DNA of 64,000 bases from Agathobacter rectalis (lineage in GTDB: Bacteria > Actinomycetota > Coriobacteriia > Coriobacteriales > QAMH01), in assembly GCA_963590525.1 (NCBI GenBank), contig CAVAPV010000001.1:45680-109679 (forward strand), written 5' to 3'. This document shows, piece after piece, positions 17,977 through 27,570 of the stretch. Positions within the stretch are counted from its first letter, which is position 1. Every line of letters begins with the position of its first letter. A program made the translations under genes and the position numbers. Below the pieces are notes generated by a model, which had not been told where the DNA came from, made no database searches, and saw only the letters and a list, made by a program, of their open reading frames with translations.

Positions 17977-19212
17977 GTGAGGATCTTGCATGTGACAGCG
18001 CAAAAGCCCGATAGCACGGGTAGCGGCGTCTACTTGGCTCAAACGGTCGCCTCCCTTGCACGTCTTGGCTGCAAGCAGGCGGTGCTTTGCGGTGTGGACG
18101 TTGCGGATGACATTAACCTGCCCGATGGCGTGGATGTTTTTCCCGTGCGTTTTAACACCCCAGAGCTGCCTTTTGACGTGTGCGGCATGTCAGACGAGAT
18201 GCCTTACCCCTCTACGCGTTACCGCGATCTGACCCCGTGTATGCTCGAATGCTTCGAAGCGGCTTTCACAACACGCATCAAGGAAGCTATCTGCAGCTTC
18301 AAACCGCAGGTTATCGTCTGCAACCATCTGTATCTGGTGACGGCTTTGGTGCGCGAGGTCACGCGCGTGCTGGAGTGCAGCTGCCCGGTGGTTGCCATCT
18401 GTCATAACACCTGCCTGCGCCAGCTTGGCCAGCATGATTTGGAGAAAGAGCGCATCATCGCTGCGGTGCGTGATGCGGATTTGATCTTGGCTCTGCATGC
18501 CGAGCAGCGCGAGCGTATTGCGCGGATGTTTGGCATCGATGCGGCAGACATCGGCATCATAGGCACGGGTTACGATGCGAGCATCTTTAATTGCGCGACA
18601 GCAGAGCAAGGCACAGATGGGCTGCCCGCCAAACAGCCTCTCTCGGTTGTCTATGCCGGCAAGGTTACTTACAAGAAGGGCGTAGGCAGCTTGCTTGATG
18701 CGCTCGATGTGCTCGAGCTTCCCGCTAAGAGCGTGCAGGTGCGCTTGTGCGGCGGTCTTGGGCCGGATTACCAAGGCGGCGTGCTCGAGCAACGTATGCA
18801 ACGCAATAGCCAGCTGGTAAGTTACGCGGGGCGCCTAGCGCCACAGGTGCTTGCCGGGGAGTATCGCGCGGCAGAGCTTTTTGTCTTGCCATCTTTTTAC
18901 GAGGGGTTGCCCCTTGTGGTCATAGAGGCTTTGGCCTGCGGCTGCAAGGTCGTGGTCACCGATCTGCCGGGTTTGCGTCCGTGGATAGAGGCCAACATCC
19001 CAGACGCTCCTGTTAGCTACGTTGCCCCGCCGCGCATGGTCTCGGTTGATGAGCCGCTTGAAGAAGACCTGCCTGCTTTTGCGCAGCGCTTGGCGCAGGC
19101 TATGCAAGATGCCTTTGCTCAACCAGCGGTTGAGGCAGATGTGAGCGCGCTTTCTTGGGATGCCTTGGGCAAGAGGCTTTTGGGTTGCTGCCAAGGCTTG
19201 CTGCGGTCTTAA
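17977..19212 (+). CDS. glycosyltransferase, GT4 (GT-B fold) family
   Basis: MRILHVTAQKPDSTGSGVYL N-terminus and the C-terminal EGLPLVVIEALACGCKVVVTD motif. Confidence 0.75.
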   Translation: MRILHVTAQKPDSTGSGVYLAQTVASLARLGCKQAVLCGVDVADDINLPDGVDVFPVRFNTPELPFDVCGMSDEMPYPSTRYRDLTPCMLECFEAAFTTRIKEAICSFKPQVIVCNHLYLVTALVREVTRVLECSCPVVAICHNTCLRQLGQHDLEKERIIAAVRDADLILALHAEQRERIARMFGIDAADIGIIGTGYDASIFNCATAEQGTDGLPAKQPLSVVYAGKVTYKKGVGSLLDALDVLELPAKSVQVRLCGGLGPDYQGGVLEQRMQRNSQLVSYAGRLAPQVLAGEYRAAELFVLPSFYEGLPLVVIEALACGCKVVVTDLPGLRPWIEANIPDAPVSYVAPPRMVSVDEPLEEDLPAFAQRLAQAMQDAFAQPAVEADVSALSWDALGKRLLGCCQGLLRS

Positions 19213-19401
19213 AGCTGCGTTTAGCCCCAAAGCGCCGCCTGTTGATTGCGATAGCGGTGCCAAGCGGTGCAGCATGCAGCCGCCGTCTTTACAAGTATTC
19301 CATTTCCTGCAAACTCGCTATCTGCTAGTATATTTGCACCTGTGAGCGCATCTGCTCATGCAAAAACGTAGCATTCAAACACACCACTAAGGAGGTGCCC
19401 C

Positions 19402-19863
19402 ATGGACGAAGCCGGCATCGAGGAGCTCCTCGACGAGCTCACCGAGCGCATCGAGAACTCCAAGCCCGCCCTGGGTAACAGCCAAAAGCGCCAGGTCGAG
19501 ATCGGGCCTGTTTTTGAGATTATCGACGAGATCCGCGACATCCTCCCCGAAGAGCTGCGTCAGGCGCGCATCATCGTGCGTGACCGCCAGGGCATGATCG
19601 AGGCTGCAGAGATCGATGCCAACCGTATTCTCGAGGATGCAGAGCGCCAGGCAGACCAGATTGCCAGCGAGCAAGAGGTCGTCCGTCTGGCCGAGGCCAA
19701 GGCAACAGAGATCATCGAGGAGGCCATGGTCCGCGAGCGCGAGATGCGCGTTGGCGCAGAAGACTACGCAGACCAGATCTTTGCCAACCTGGAGACCAAC
19801 CTGGACAACCTCCTCAAAAACGTCACCCGCTGCCGCGCTCGCCTCAACAACACGGCAGACTAA
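19402..19863 (+). CDS. coiled-coil protein of unknown function (ATPase stalk-subunit-like heptads)
   Basis: 153-aa ORF with an AAGGAGG RBS. Highly charged helical sequence, located upstream of yceD. Confidence 0.6.
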   Translation: MDEAGIEELLDELTERIENSKPALGNSQKRQVEIGPVFEIIDEIRDILPEELRQARIIVRDRQGMIEAAEIDANRILEDAERQADQIASEQEVVRLAEAKATEIIEEAMVREREMRVGAEDYADQIFANLETNLDNLLKNVTRCRARLNNTAD

Positions 19864-19904
19864 CGGCTTGCCAGCCAAGCTTTTTGACACCGCAAGGAGA
19901 ACCA

Positions 19905-20660
19905 ATGCAGGCATTTCCCCAATCCATCTATCCCGAGCTCGCCAACTTTGGTGGCATCCGCAAGCTGAGCGGCACCCTCGATGAGCTCTCGTATGAGGTT
20001 GGCGGCATGCATGTAGAGACTCCGGGTGGCTTCGAGTACGAGGCAACGCTTACCAACACCGGAGAGGCCATCTTGCTTCAAGGCAATGTTCGCACGAGCG
20101 GCACCACGCAGTGCGCACGCTGCCTTGAAGAAGCCCGCGTTAGCGTTGAGGCAGATTTGCAGGGCTATTTTCTCTTGAACCCCGACGAGCTTGCCCAAGG
20201 CTATGAAGAAGACGAGGTCGATGTCGTCGACGCAAACGGCGACTTTGACATCTCCTACAACATCTTGGCGGCCGTGGCCTATGCCACGCCCTTTGTGGTG
20301 CTGTGCAAAGAGGATTGCAAGGGGCTGTGCCCGCATTGCGGCTGCAACCTCAACGAGCAAACCTGCGATTGCGCTGCCAAGCCAGACCCGACCAATCCCT
20401 TTGCGGCGCTTGCCGGCTTGAGCTTTAGCGACGAAGACGTTGCTCGTGGGCAAGCCGCGCATGACGAGTTTGGCGATGTTGCCGCTCAGGTGCAAGAAGA
20501 AGCAGACATTCCAGAGCTCACCCCGCAAGAGGCGGCAGAGCTTGAGCGCGCGCTCGATGCCATCTTTGCCGATGGGGCTGCCGGTACCTTGGAGTTTGAC
20601 GAAGAAGGAAACCTCGTCTTTATAGAAGACGAGCAAGACGACATCCAAGACGACGAGTAG
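19905..20660 (+). CDS. yceD: YceD/DUF177 family protein (large-subunit rRNA accumulation protein) with an acidic C-terminal extension
   Basis: ORF 19884..20660; the ATG at 19905 follows AAGGAGA. CARCLEE ... CKEDCKGLCPHCGCNLNEQTCDC motifs. Confidence 0.8.
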   Translation: MQAFPQSIYPELANFGGIRKLSGTLDELSYEVGGMHVETPGGFEYEATLTNTGEAILLQGNVRTSGTTQCARCLEEARVSVEADLQGYFLLNPDELAQGYEEDEVDVVDANGDFDISYNILAAVAYATPFVVLCKEDCKGLCPHCGCNLNEQTCDCAAKPDPTNPFAALAGLSFSDEDVARGQAAHDEFGDVAAQVQEEADIPELTPQEAAELERALDAIFADGAAGTLEFDEEGNLVFIEDEQDDIQDDE

Positions 20661-20669
20661 GGCTGCGCG

Positions 20670-21932
20670 TTGTCTGATTACTACAAGACCTACACCTGCC
20701 CGGTTTCAAAGGACTGCGGCGGTTGCGAGTGGTTGGCCGTTCCCTATGAGATCCAGCTCAAGCGCAAGCACGAGGCGCTCAAAGAGCTCTTCGAGCCCTT
20801 TGGCGTAGAGCCGGACGCCGTCTTGGGAATGGACGAGCCTTTGGCCTACCGCGCCAAAAGCATGACGCCGTTTCAGCCGGCGCCGCGCGGCAAGCTTATC
20901 CATGGCATGTACAAGCTGGGCACGCACAAGCTCGTAGCGTGCGAGAGCTGCTTGGTTGAAGACCCGCAGGCGCGCCCCATCTTTGACTCCATCGCCCGCT
21001 TGGCGCGTGAGTTTAGGATCAAGGCCTATGACGAAGACCGCGGCAGTGGTCTTTTGCGCCATGCTATCGTGCGCTGCGCTGCCAATACAGACGATGTCAT
21101 GGTCACGCTTGTATGCAACAGCAAGGAGTTCCCGCATAAGAGGGAGTTTGTGCGCGCTCTGCGTGACGAGCATCCAGAGATCTCTACGGTCGTGTTCAAC
21201 GTCAACACCCGCAATACCAATGCCGTTTTGGGCAACCGCGACAGCGCCGCATATGGGCAGGGTTGGATAGAGGACAAGCTTTGCGGTCAGACCTTCAAGA
21301 TCCCCAGCTCTGCGTTTTACCAGACCAATCCCAAGCAGACCGAGGTCCTCTACAACACCGCTGTCAAGCTGGCTGGCTTGCACGGCGGAGAGACCGTGCT
21401 CGATGCTTATTGCGGTATCGGGACCATAGGCATCGTTGCAGCGAGCCAATGCGCCAAGCAGCAGCGCGAGGGTACGGCGCCTGTCCACAAGAAGAAGGCG
21501 GCCAAGGCGGCAGCCAAAGGCAAAAAGGGAGCGCAGCCGCAGGTAAAGCACATAGAGCTCACCGGCGTGGAGACCACGCCCGCGGCGGTAGAGATCGCTG
21601 CAGAAAACGCGCGTCTCAACCACATCAAGGGCGCGAGCTTTGTGGCTGCAGACGCGGGGGAGTACCTGCAAAGCTGCGGCAAGCATTTTGACGTGGTCTT
21701 CATGGACCCGCCTCGCGCTGGTGCATCAAAGGAGTTCATCGAGGGCTTGATCGCCGCGGCTCCCAAGCGCGTGGTCTACATCAGCTGCAATCCCCAAACG
21801 CAAGCGCGCGACATAGAGCTGCTGCAAGGCAACTACAAGCTTGAGCGTGTGGTTCCTGTGGACATGTTCCCGCATACCAAGCATGCCGAGACCGTGGCAT
21901 TGCTGTCTAAGGGTGCAATCGACTCGAAATAG
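20670..21932 (+). CDS. RumA/RlmD-family 23S rRNA (uracil-5)-methyltransferase (no TRAM domain, Lys/Ala-rich insertion)
   Basis: CPVSKDCGGCEW Fe-S cysteines, FYQTN, DAYCGIGTIG SAM motif, MDPPRAG, YISCNPQT and DMFPHTKHAE. Confidence 0.8.
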   Translation: MSDYYKTYTCPVSKDCGGCEWLAVPYEIQLKRKHEALKELFEPFGVEPDAVLGMDEPLAYRAKSMTPFQPAPRGKLIHGMYKLGTHKLVACESCLVEDPQARPIFDSIARLAREFRIKAYDEDRGSGLLRHAIVRCAANTDDVMVTLVCNSKEFPHKREFVRALRDEHPEISTVVFNVNTRNTNAVLGNRDSAAYGQGWIEDKLCGQTFKIPSSAFYQTNPKQTEVLYNTAVKLAGLHGGETVLDAYCGIGTIGIVAASQCAKQQREGTAPVHKKKAAKAAAKGKKGAQPQVKHIELTGVETTPAAVEIAAENARLNHIKGASFVAADAGEYLQSCGKHFDVVFMDPPRAGASKEFIEGLIAAAPKRVVYISCNPQTQARDIELLQGNYKLERVVPVDMFPHTKHAETVALLSKGAIDSK

Positions 21933-21975
21933 GCGCATGCGGAGTTCTCGTTGGGGAACACGGCAATGCCTGCAC

Positions 21976-23190
21976 TCAGCTCCATTCCTTGGCCAAGAGG
22001 AAATCGCGGATATTTCGATGCTTGATCCCGTTACGGCTCATGTCAAACTCGTCGAGAGAAACGACGTATTTGGGGAAGTTGTCGCGGATGCTGTCATATG
22101 CGCCAAACTCGCGCTTAACGGTCTCTTCTGACGCCAGCAGATAGGCGACCTGAACGTACAGTTTCTCGCTGCGCTTGGTGCATACAAAATCGATTTCTTT
22201 ATCGCCTGTTCTGCCCACAGTTACTTCATAGCCCCTGCGCAGCAGTTCCAGATAGACGATATTTTCCAAAATGAGATTGATATCTCGCATATTGCCACCG
22301 AAAACGGCCTCGCGCACGCCATGATCGGCAATGTAGTATTTTTCATTGGATGCAAGGATTTGTTTGCCCTGTAAATCTTCCCGCTTCACTTGATAGAACA
22401 GGTATGCTTCGCGGCAGTATTTGATGTAGTTCAGAATTGTTTCTGGAGCAACGGTGCGTTGCTCGCTTTTCAGGAACTTTGCAAGAGAGGTAGCCGAGAA
22501 GGTCGTACCAACATTTGCAATCACGTAAGCAATGATTCGTTCAAGCAGATCGACGTCTCGGATTTTATTTCGTTTTACGATGTCTTTGAGCTGGACAGAG
22601 CTGAACAGATCTTGAAGATACTGTTTGGATGGCGCATCTGCGTAGTGGAGATTGGCGAGGTAGGGCATACCTCCGGCAAGCAGGTATTTTTTGAAACACT
22701 GCTGGATGGGCGTATCAGGCGCAACCGAGTGGTACAGCTCCATGAACTCCTCAAACGAGAACGGATAAATCACGAACTCCACATATCGGCCGCCTAAGTA
22801 AGTCGCAAGCTCTCCGGACAACAGCTGTGCATTGGAGCCGGTGATGTAGATGTCACAATCTAGCGAAACGCGGAGAGAGTTGATGCACTTCTCCCAGTCC
22901 TTGACCTCTTGCACTTCATCAAAGAACAAGTAGACCTTGCCCTCTGTTTGTGCGGCTCTTGCGGTGATCTCGTCATGCAGGGTCTGTGCGGTTTGGAGGT
23001 GGGAATAGCTCATATCTTCAAAATTGATGGAGATAAACTGTGCCGGGCTGACACCGGATTCTGCGAGTTCTTGTTTGATCAGCTCTAACATGACCGACTT
23101 CCCGCAACGGCGGATACCAGTCATGACTTTAATCAGTTCTGTTCCGATAAAAGGACGGATACGGCTCATGTACAGCTCGCGTTTGATCAT
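21976..23190 (-). CDS. AAA-type ATPase with a C-terminal DUF4143-like domain
   Basis: 404-aa ORF. P-loop TGIRRCGKS, Walker B YLFFDEVQ. Sits in visibly AT-richer DNA. Confidence 0.8.
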   Translation of the reverse strand: MIKRELYMSRIRPFIGTELIKVMTGIRRCGKSVMLELIKQELAESGVSPAQFISINFEDMSYSHLQTAQTLHDEITARAAQTEGKVYLFFDEVQEVKDWEKCINSLRVSLDCDIYITGSNAQLLSGELATYLGGRYVEFVIYPFSFEEFMELYHSVAPDTPIQQCFKKYLLAGGMPYLANLHYADAPSKQYLQDLFSSVQLKDIVKRNKIRDVDLLERIIAYVIANVGTTFSATSLAKFLKSEQRTVAPETILNYIKYCREAYLFYQVKREDLQGKQILASNEKYYIADHGVREAVFGGNMRDINLILENIVYLELLRRGYEVTVGRTGDKEIDFVCTKRSEKLYVQVAYLLASEETVKREFGAYDSIRDNFPKYVVSLDEFDMSRNGIKHRNIRDFLLAKEWS

Positions 23191-23543
23191 AATTTTTGGC
23201 CCCCTCGCGATTGAATAGAGCGCAGTACATTTATAGGTGAATTTTAATGGCTAAATAGTAAATTTATAAGTTGTATCTTATAAAACTCAAAATGCGGCAA
23301 AGAAATTAAGATAAAAACGAATTTTGATGAAGCCGTAGATGCTTTTGGATCCGCAGAGGGTTTTGCCAAAAGAGGCTTTGCGTCGTCTGCGGTGGCAATA
23401 ATCGAACTTGAAAAAGCCCTAGAAGTGCCGTTGGGCGGCAGGAGAAAACATCCGCGCACCCTGAGCGGCTGTTATTGCATTTACCGTATAAAATCAGCTC
23501 ACTGGATGAGAATGATCGGATGCTTTGCTGGGAGGCATGCGTT

Positions 23544-26500
23544 ATGGCACAGGAGCCAACGACGGCGGGAGCAGATTCCAAGAAACTTGCCCAACATATC
23601 TCAAATTCTTACCCGAGCTTGGAATCTAAGGCAACTGCAGAACTCTCGGGCTTGCTGGACGAGAGCATGATCGCCGCCCTCACGGCGGATTATCTAAATG
23701 TTTATATAGTCGAACCCGAGGCAAACCTGGGGTCGATCCTAAAGCTTGACGGGTATGTCGTTGCCGGTATCCATAAAACGCCAAAGAACTTCCCTTATCT
23801 GGAAATGCTTTCAAGATATGCAAACGACCGCGTATGCGATGAGGATAAAGAAGGGTTCTTGCAGATCTTTGAGCCGGAGGCTTTGACCAAGATCTTTGCC
23901 GATGGAAGAGAGAGGCTTGAACTCAACTACCGGGTTCCGGTCGATGGTGGGCTTGAACACTACAGCGGGCTGTATATCCGCATCTCAAAGGACGCAGAGC
24001 CCTTAAGGCTCATTGCGGGCTTTAGAAGCACAGAAGACGCCATCACCATACAGAGCAAGACCAGAAGAGAGGGAATGGACAGCGCATACGAGGCTTTGTC
24101 CGACCTGTATTTGGCGATGTTTCGCATCAACATCAAGGAGAACACGTACGCGTCGATCAAAACGACCGAGGCGGTTTTAAAGTACACGATACCCAACAGC
24201 AGCCGCTACGACGTCAATCTGCAGGCGATTATGACGGCACTGGCCGACGATGAGAGTCTGGAATCTGCATTGGAGTTTCTCGACTTGAGCACCATCGAGA
24301 AAAGAATGCAGGGAAAAAAGCACATATGCGTCCATTTCAAGGGCAGGGTTGCAGGCTTGTGCAGGCTGCATCTTATAAGGGAGTCTTGCGATGCAAAGGA
24401 CAAGCTGAGCCACGTGATCCTTGCAGTGGAGGTTTTAGACGAGGTTGCCAAAAGCTACGAGAAGCTCGATGCGATGCACGAGATCATCGCGGCGTCAAAG
24501 ATGGGCACCTGGAACATCTACCTGCTTGACGGGCAGCCCCCAAGAATGGAAGCCGATGATCTCATGTTGGGGCTTCTAGGGGTCGCAGGCAAAAATCTGA
24601 CACCCGAGCAAATCTACGACGCATGGTTTGCAAACATCTCTCCAGATTCGGTGGAATCGGTTTTGCGCAGCGTTGAGAAAATGAAGAGCGAGGGAAGGGA
24701 TGAGAACACCTATCTGTGGAAGCATCCCGTTTTAGGAGAGAGGTATGTGCGCTGCGGCGGCACGGCCAAACCGGTAGAAGGCGGGTTTGTGCTCCGGGGG
24801 TACCACTATGACGTCGATGATGTAGTACGCGAGCAAAAGAAGAAGGACAAAGCGCTGGCAGAGCAGATCGCGATCATCGACACGTTGGCTTCGAGCTTCA
24901 AAAACGTGTTCGTAGCAAACCTCAACAGCCAGACGGCAAAGGTGGTGCGCCTTGCAGAAGACTACGATGTCAGGGCCGTTACCGACGTCATGCAAAGCGA
25001 GTTTCCCTACGACCCCGTGATAAAGCAGTGGATACAAGAAAACGTGCATCCAGATGACAAGGAGAAGATGACCCAGGCGCTCAGCTTGGAAAACCTCCGC
25101 GAGGTGTTCTCTAGGCAAAACGAGTATAGCGGCACCTATCGCAGCACCGAAGGTGGAAAGCTGCATCACTACCAGTTTGATTTTAGGAAGGCAGACGACA
25201 ACGGAAACGTCGTAGCCGGCTTCCAAGTCATCGATGCGATAGTCGAAGAGCATGAGCAGCAGGCAAAGCGAGAAAGGGAGCTGGAAGACGCACGTCTGCG
25301 CCAGGAAAGGGAGCACGCAGAGGTTGTGAACTCTCTTTCGACGATATACTCCACCATCTTTAGCGCTGACGTCGACACCCATCATTACGGCATATTGACC
25401 AGCGTGCCCCTTATGAAAGAGGCGATAGAGGCCGAAGGCAACTTTGATGATGTGAAAGACAAGATCCTGGAGCTTTTCATCGAGCCGGAATACCGGGACC
25501 TGATGCGCGATTTCTTGGATTTAGACACGCTTGCGCAGCGCCTTGAAAACGTTAATTCCATAGCAACGGAATACAAAGCGCCTACCGGCCAGTGGATGCA
25601 GTCGCGCTTTGTCGTAAAGAAAAGAAACGGTGACGGCACGGCAAAAGACGTCCTCTACGTTGCCAATGACATCACCAAAGAAAAGCTGCGTGACCTCGAG
25701 CAACAAGAGGCGCTGTCTCATGCCTTGGCGGCGGCGCAACAGGCAAACAAGGCCAAGACGACGTTTCTAAACAGCATGTCCCATGACATCCGCACGCCGA
25801 TGAACGCTATCGTCGGGTTTACGGCGTTGGCGCAGGCGCACAGCGACGACCAAGCGCAGGTGCAGGATTATCTGGCCAAGATCTCTACCTCCAGCACCCA
25901 CCTTTTGAGCTTGATAAACGACATCCTCGATATGAGCCGCATAGAGAGCGGCACGGTGAAGCTCCAAGAGACCGATGTTCACATCCCGGACTTGCTGCAC
26001 GACCTCCGCACGATGATACAAAGCCTTGTCAAGGCAAAAAACCAGAATCTCTTTATCGATACGCAGGACATAGTGCACGAGGACGTGATCGCAGACAAGC
26101 TCAGGCTAAACCAGGTTCTGCTCAATATCGTTGGAAACGCAATCAAGTTCACGCAGCCTGGTGGTGACATCATCATCCGGCTTGTCGAGAAACCTTGCAG
26201 CATAAAGGACCATACAACGTACGAGTTCTCTGTAAAAGACAACGGCATCGGAATGTCCAAGGAGTATCTCGAGCATATATTCGAGACCTTCACCAGAGAA
26301 TACAGCGCAACTGTCAGCGGCATCCAGGGCACCGGTCTTGGCATGGCGATCACCAAGAACATCGTGGATATGATGAACGGCGATATAAAGGTCGAAAGCC
26401 AGGTGGGAAAGGGCTCTTTGTTCACGGTCACCTTGAACTTGCAGGTCAGGGACGGGTTTGTTAAGTCGGAGCCTATCCCCGAGCTTTTGGGTGCAAGGGC

Positions 26501-27305
26501 GTTGATCGTGGATGACAACATGGACACCTGCAGAAGCATCAGCAAGATGCTCAGAGGCATACAGATGCGCCCGGACTGGACCACGTCTGGCAAGGAGGCT
26601 GTTGTCCGTGCGCAGGATGCAGCAGAGATGGCAGATGAGTACAAGGCCTATATCATCGACTATCTGATGCCGGATATGAACGGTATAGAGACTGTCCGTC
26701 GGATCAGGAATGTCATAAGCTCAGAGGTCCCGATCATCGTGCTCACAGCATACGATTGGACGGATTTTGAATACGAAGCAAGGCAGGCGGGGGTTACGGC
26801 CTTTGTGTCAAAGCCGATCTTTATGTCGGAGTTAAGAGCCGTGCTGACGCAGCCGTCGGGCAAAGAAGACGCCCAAAATGCCAAGCAAGAAAAGGTGATG
26901 ACTCGCGATTACAGCGGCAAGAGGGTTCTTTTAGTAGAGGATAACGAGCTAAACCGCGAGATTGCCACTGCGATCTTGGAGGAAACAGGCGTGACGGTGG
27001 ATGTTGCAGAAGACGGCGATGTCGCGGTTGCTGCCATCGACAAAGCCCCCTCAGATCAATACGATTTGATTTTCATGGATGTCCAGATGCCAAAGATGGA
27101 CGGGTACACTGCCACCAGAGAGATCAGGACGTTGCCCGATAACAAGAAGGCAAACATCCCCATCATCGCCATGACGGCCAATGCCTTTGAAGAGGACAAG
27201 AGAAAATCCTATGAATCGGGCATGAACGGACATATCGTGAAGCCCATTGGCATAGAGGTGATCTCTAAGGTCTTAGACGAGGTGTTTGCGATAAAGCGCG
27301 ACTGA
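23544..27305 (+). CDS. soluble hybrid sensor histidine kinase (multiple PAS-like modules, HisKA, HATPase_c, two receiver domains)
   Basis: ORF 23475..27305; the ATG at 23544 follows GGGAGG. H-box SHDIRTPMNAIVGF, N/G boxes (NAIKFT, DNGIGM, GTGLGM). REC1 ALIVDDN...DYLMPDMNG. REC2 VLLVEDN...MDVQMPKMDG...AMTANA. No TM segment is seen. Confidence 0.88.
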   Translation: MAQEPTTAGADSKKLAQHISNSYPSLESKATAELSGLLDESMIAALTADYLNVYIVEPEANLGSILKLDGYVVAGIHKTPKNFPYLEMLSRYANDRVCDEDKEGFLQIFEPEALTKIFADGRERLELNYRVPVDGGLEHYSGLYIRISKDAEPLRLIAGFRSTEDAITIQSKTRREGMDSAYEALSDLYLAMFRINIKENTYASIKTTEAVLKYTIPNSSRYDVNLQAIMTALADDESLESALEFLDLSTIEKRMQGKKHICVHFKGRVAGLCRLHLIRESCDAKDKLSHVILAVEVLDEVAKSYEKLDAMHEIIAASKMGTWNIYLLDGQPPRMEADDLMLGLLGVAGKNLTPEQIYDAWFANISPDSVESVLRSVEKMKSEGRDENTYLWKHPVLGERYVRCGGTAKPVEGGFVLRGYHYDVDDVVREQKKKDKALAEQIAIIDTLASSFKNVFVANLNSQTAKVVRLAEDYDVRAVTDVMQSEFPYDPVIKQWIQENVHPDDKEKMTQALSLENLREVFSRQNEYSGTYRSTEGGKLHHYQFDFRKADDNGNVVAGFQVIDAIVEEHEQQAKRERELEDARLRQEREHAEVVNSLSTIYSTIFSADVDTHHYGILTSVPLMKEAIEAEGNFDDVKDKILELFIEPEYRDLMRDFLDLDTLAQRLENVNSIATEYKAPTGQWMQSRFVVKKRNGDGTAKDVLYVANDITKEKLRDLEQQEALSHALAAAQQANKAKTTFLNSMSHDIRTPMNAIVGFTALAQAHSDDQAQVQDYLAKISTSSTHLLSLINDILDMSRIESGTVKLQETDVHIPDLLHDLRTMIQSLVKAKNQNLFIDTQDIVHEDVIADKLRLNQVLLNIVGNAIKFTQPGGDIIIRLVEKPCSIKDHTTYEFSVKDNGIGMSKEYLEHIFETFTREYSATVSGIQGTGLGMAITKNIVDMMNGDIKVESQVGKGSLFTVTLNLQVRDGFVKSEPIPELLGARALIVDDNMDTCRSISKMLRGIQMRPDWTTSGKEAVVRAQDAAEMADEYKAYIIDYLMPDMNGIETVRRIRNVISSEVPIIVLTAYDWTDFEYEARQAGVTAFVSKPIFMSELRAVLTQPSGKEDAQNAKQEKVMTRDYSGKRVLLVEDNELNREIATAILEETGVTVDVAEDGDVAVAAIDKAPSDQYDLIFMDVQMPKMDGYTATREIRTLPDNKKANIPIIAMTANAFEEDKRKSYESGMNGHIVKPIGIEVISKVLDEVFAIKRD

Positions 27306-27570
27306 GCCAGCTGCTTGAGTCTTGAGCGCGTCAAACCGCAAGGGCGCGGCTGACGCGCTCTAGCAAGCAGCAAGGCGGGGATGAGCGCTTTGGAGCTTGG
27401 CAACGCGAGCTTGCCGTGCGTAGAAACTGCGGCCTTGATGTCAAAGATGCGCGATCAATGAATCTTTCTTCTTTGCGTTATCTAAAGAACTGCGCAAGGT
27501 GTATATTGTTATGCCTTTGAATACGTGTTTTGCAAAGAGAGAGTTCGAGTTCGAAAAGCAAGGCGAAGGC

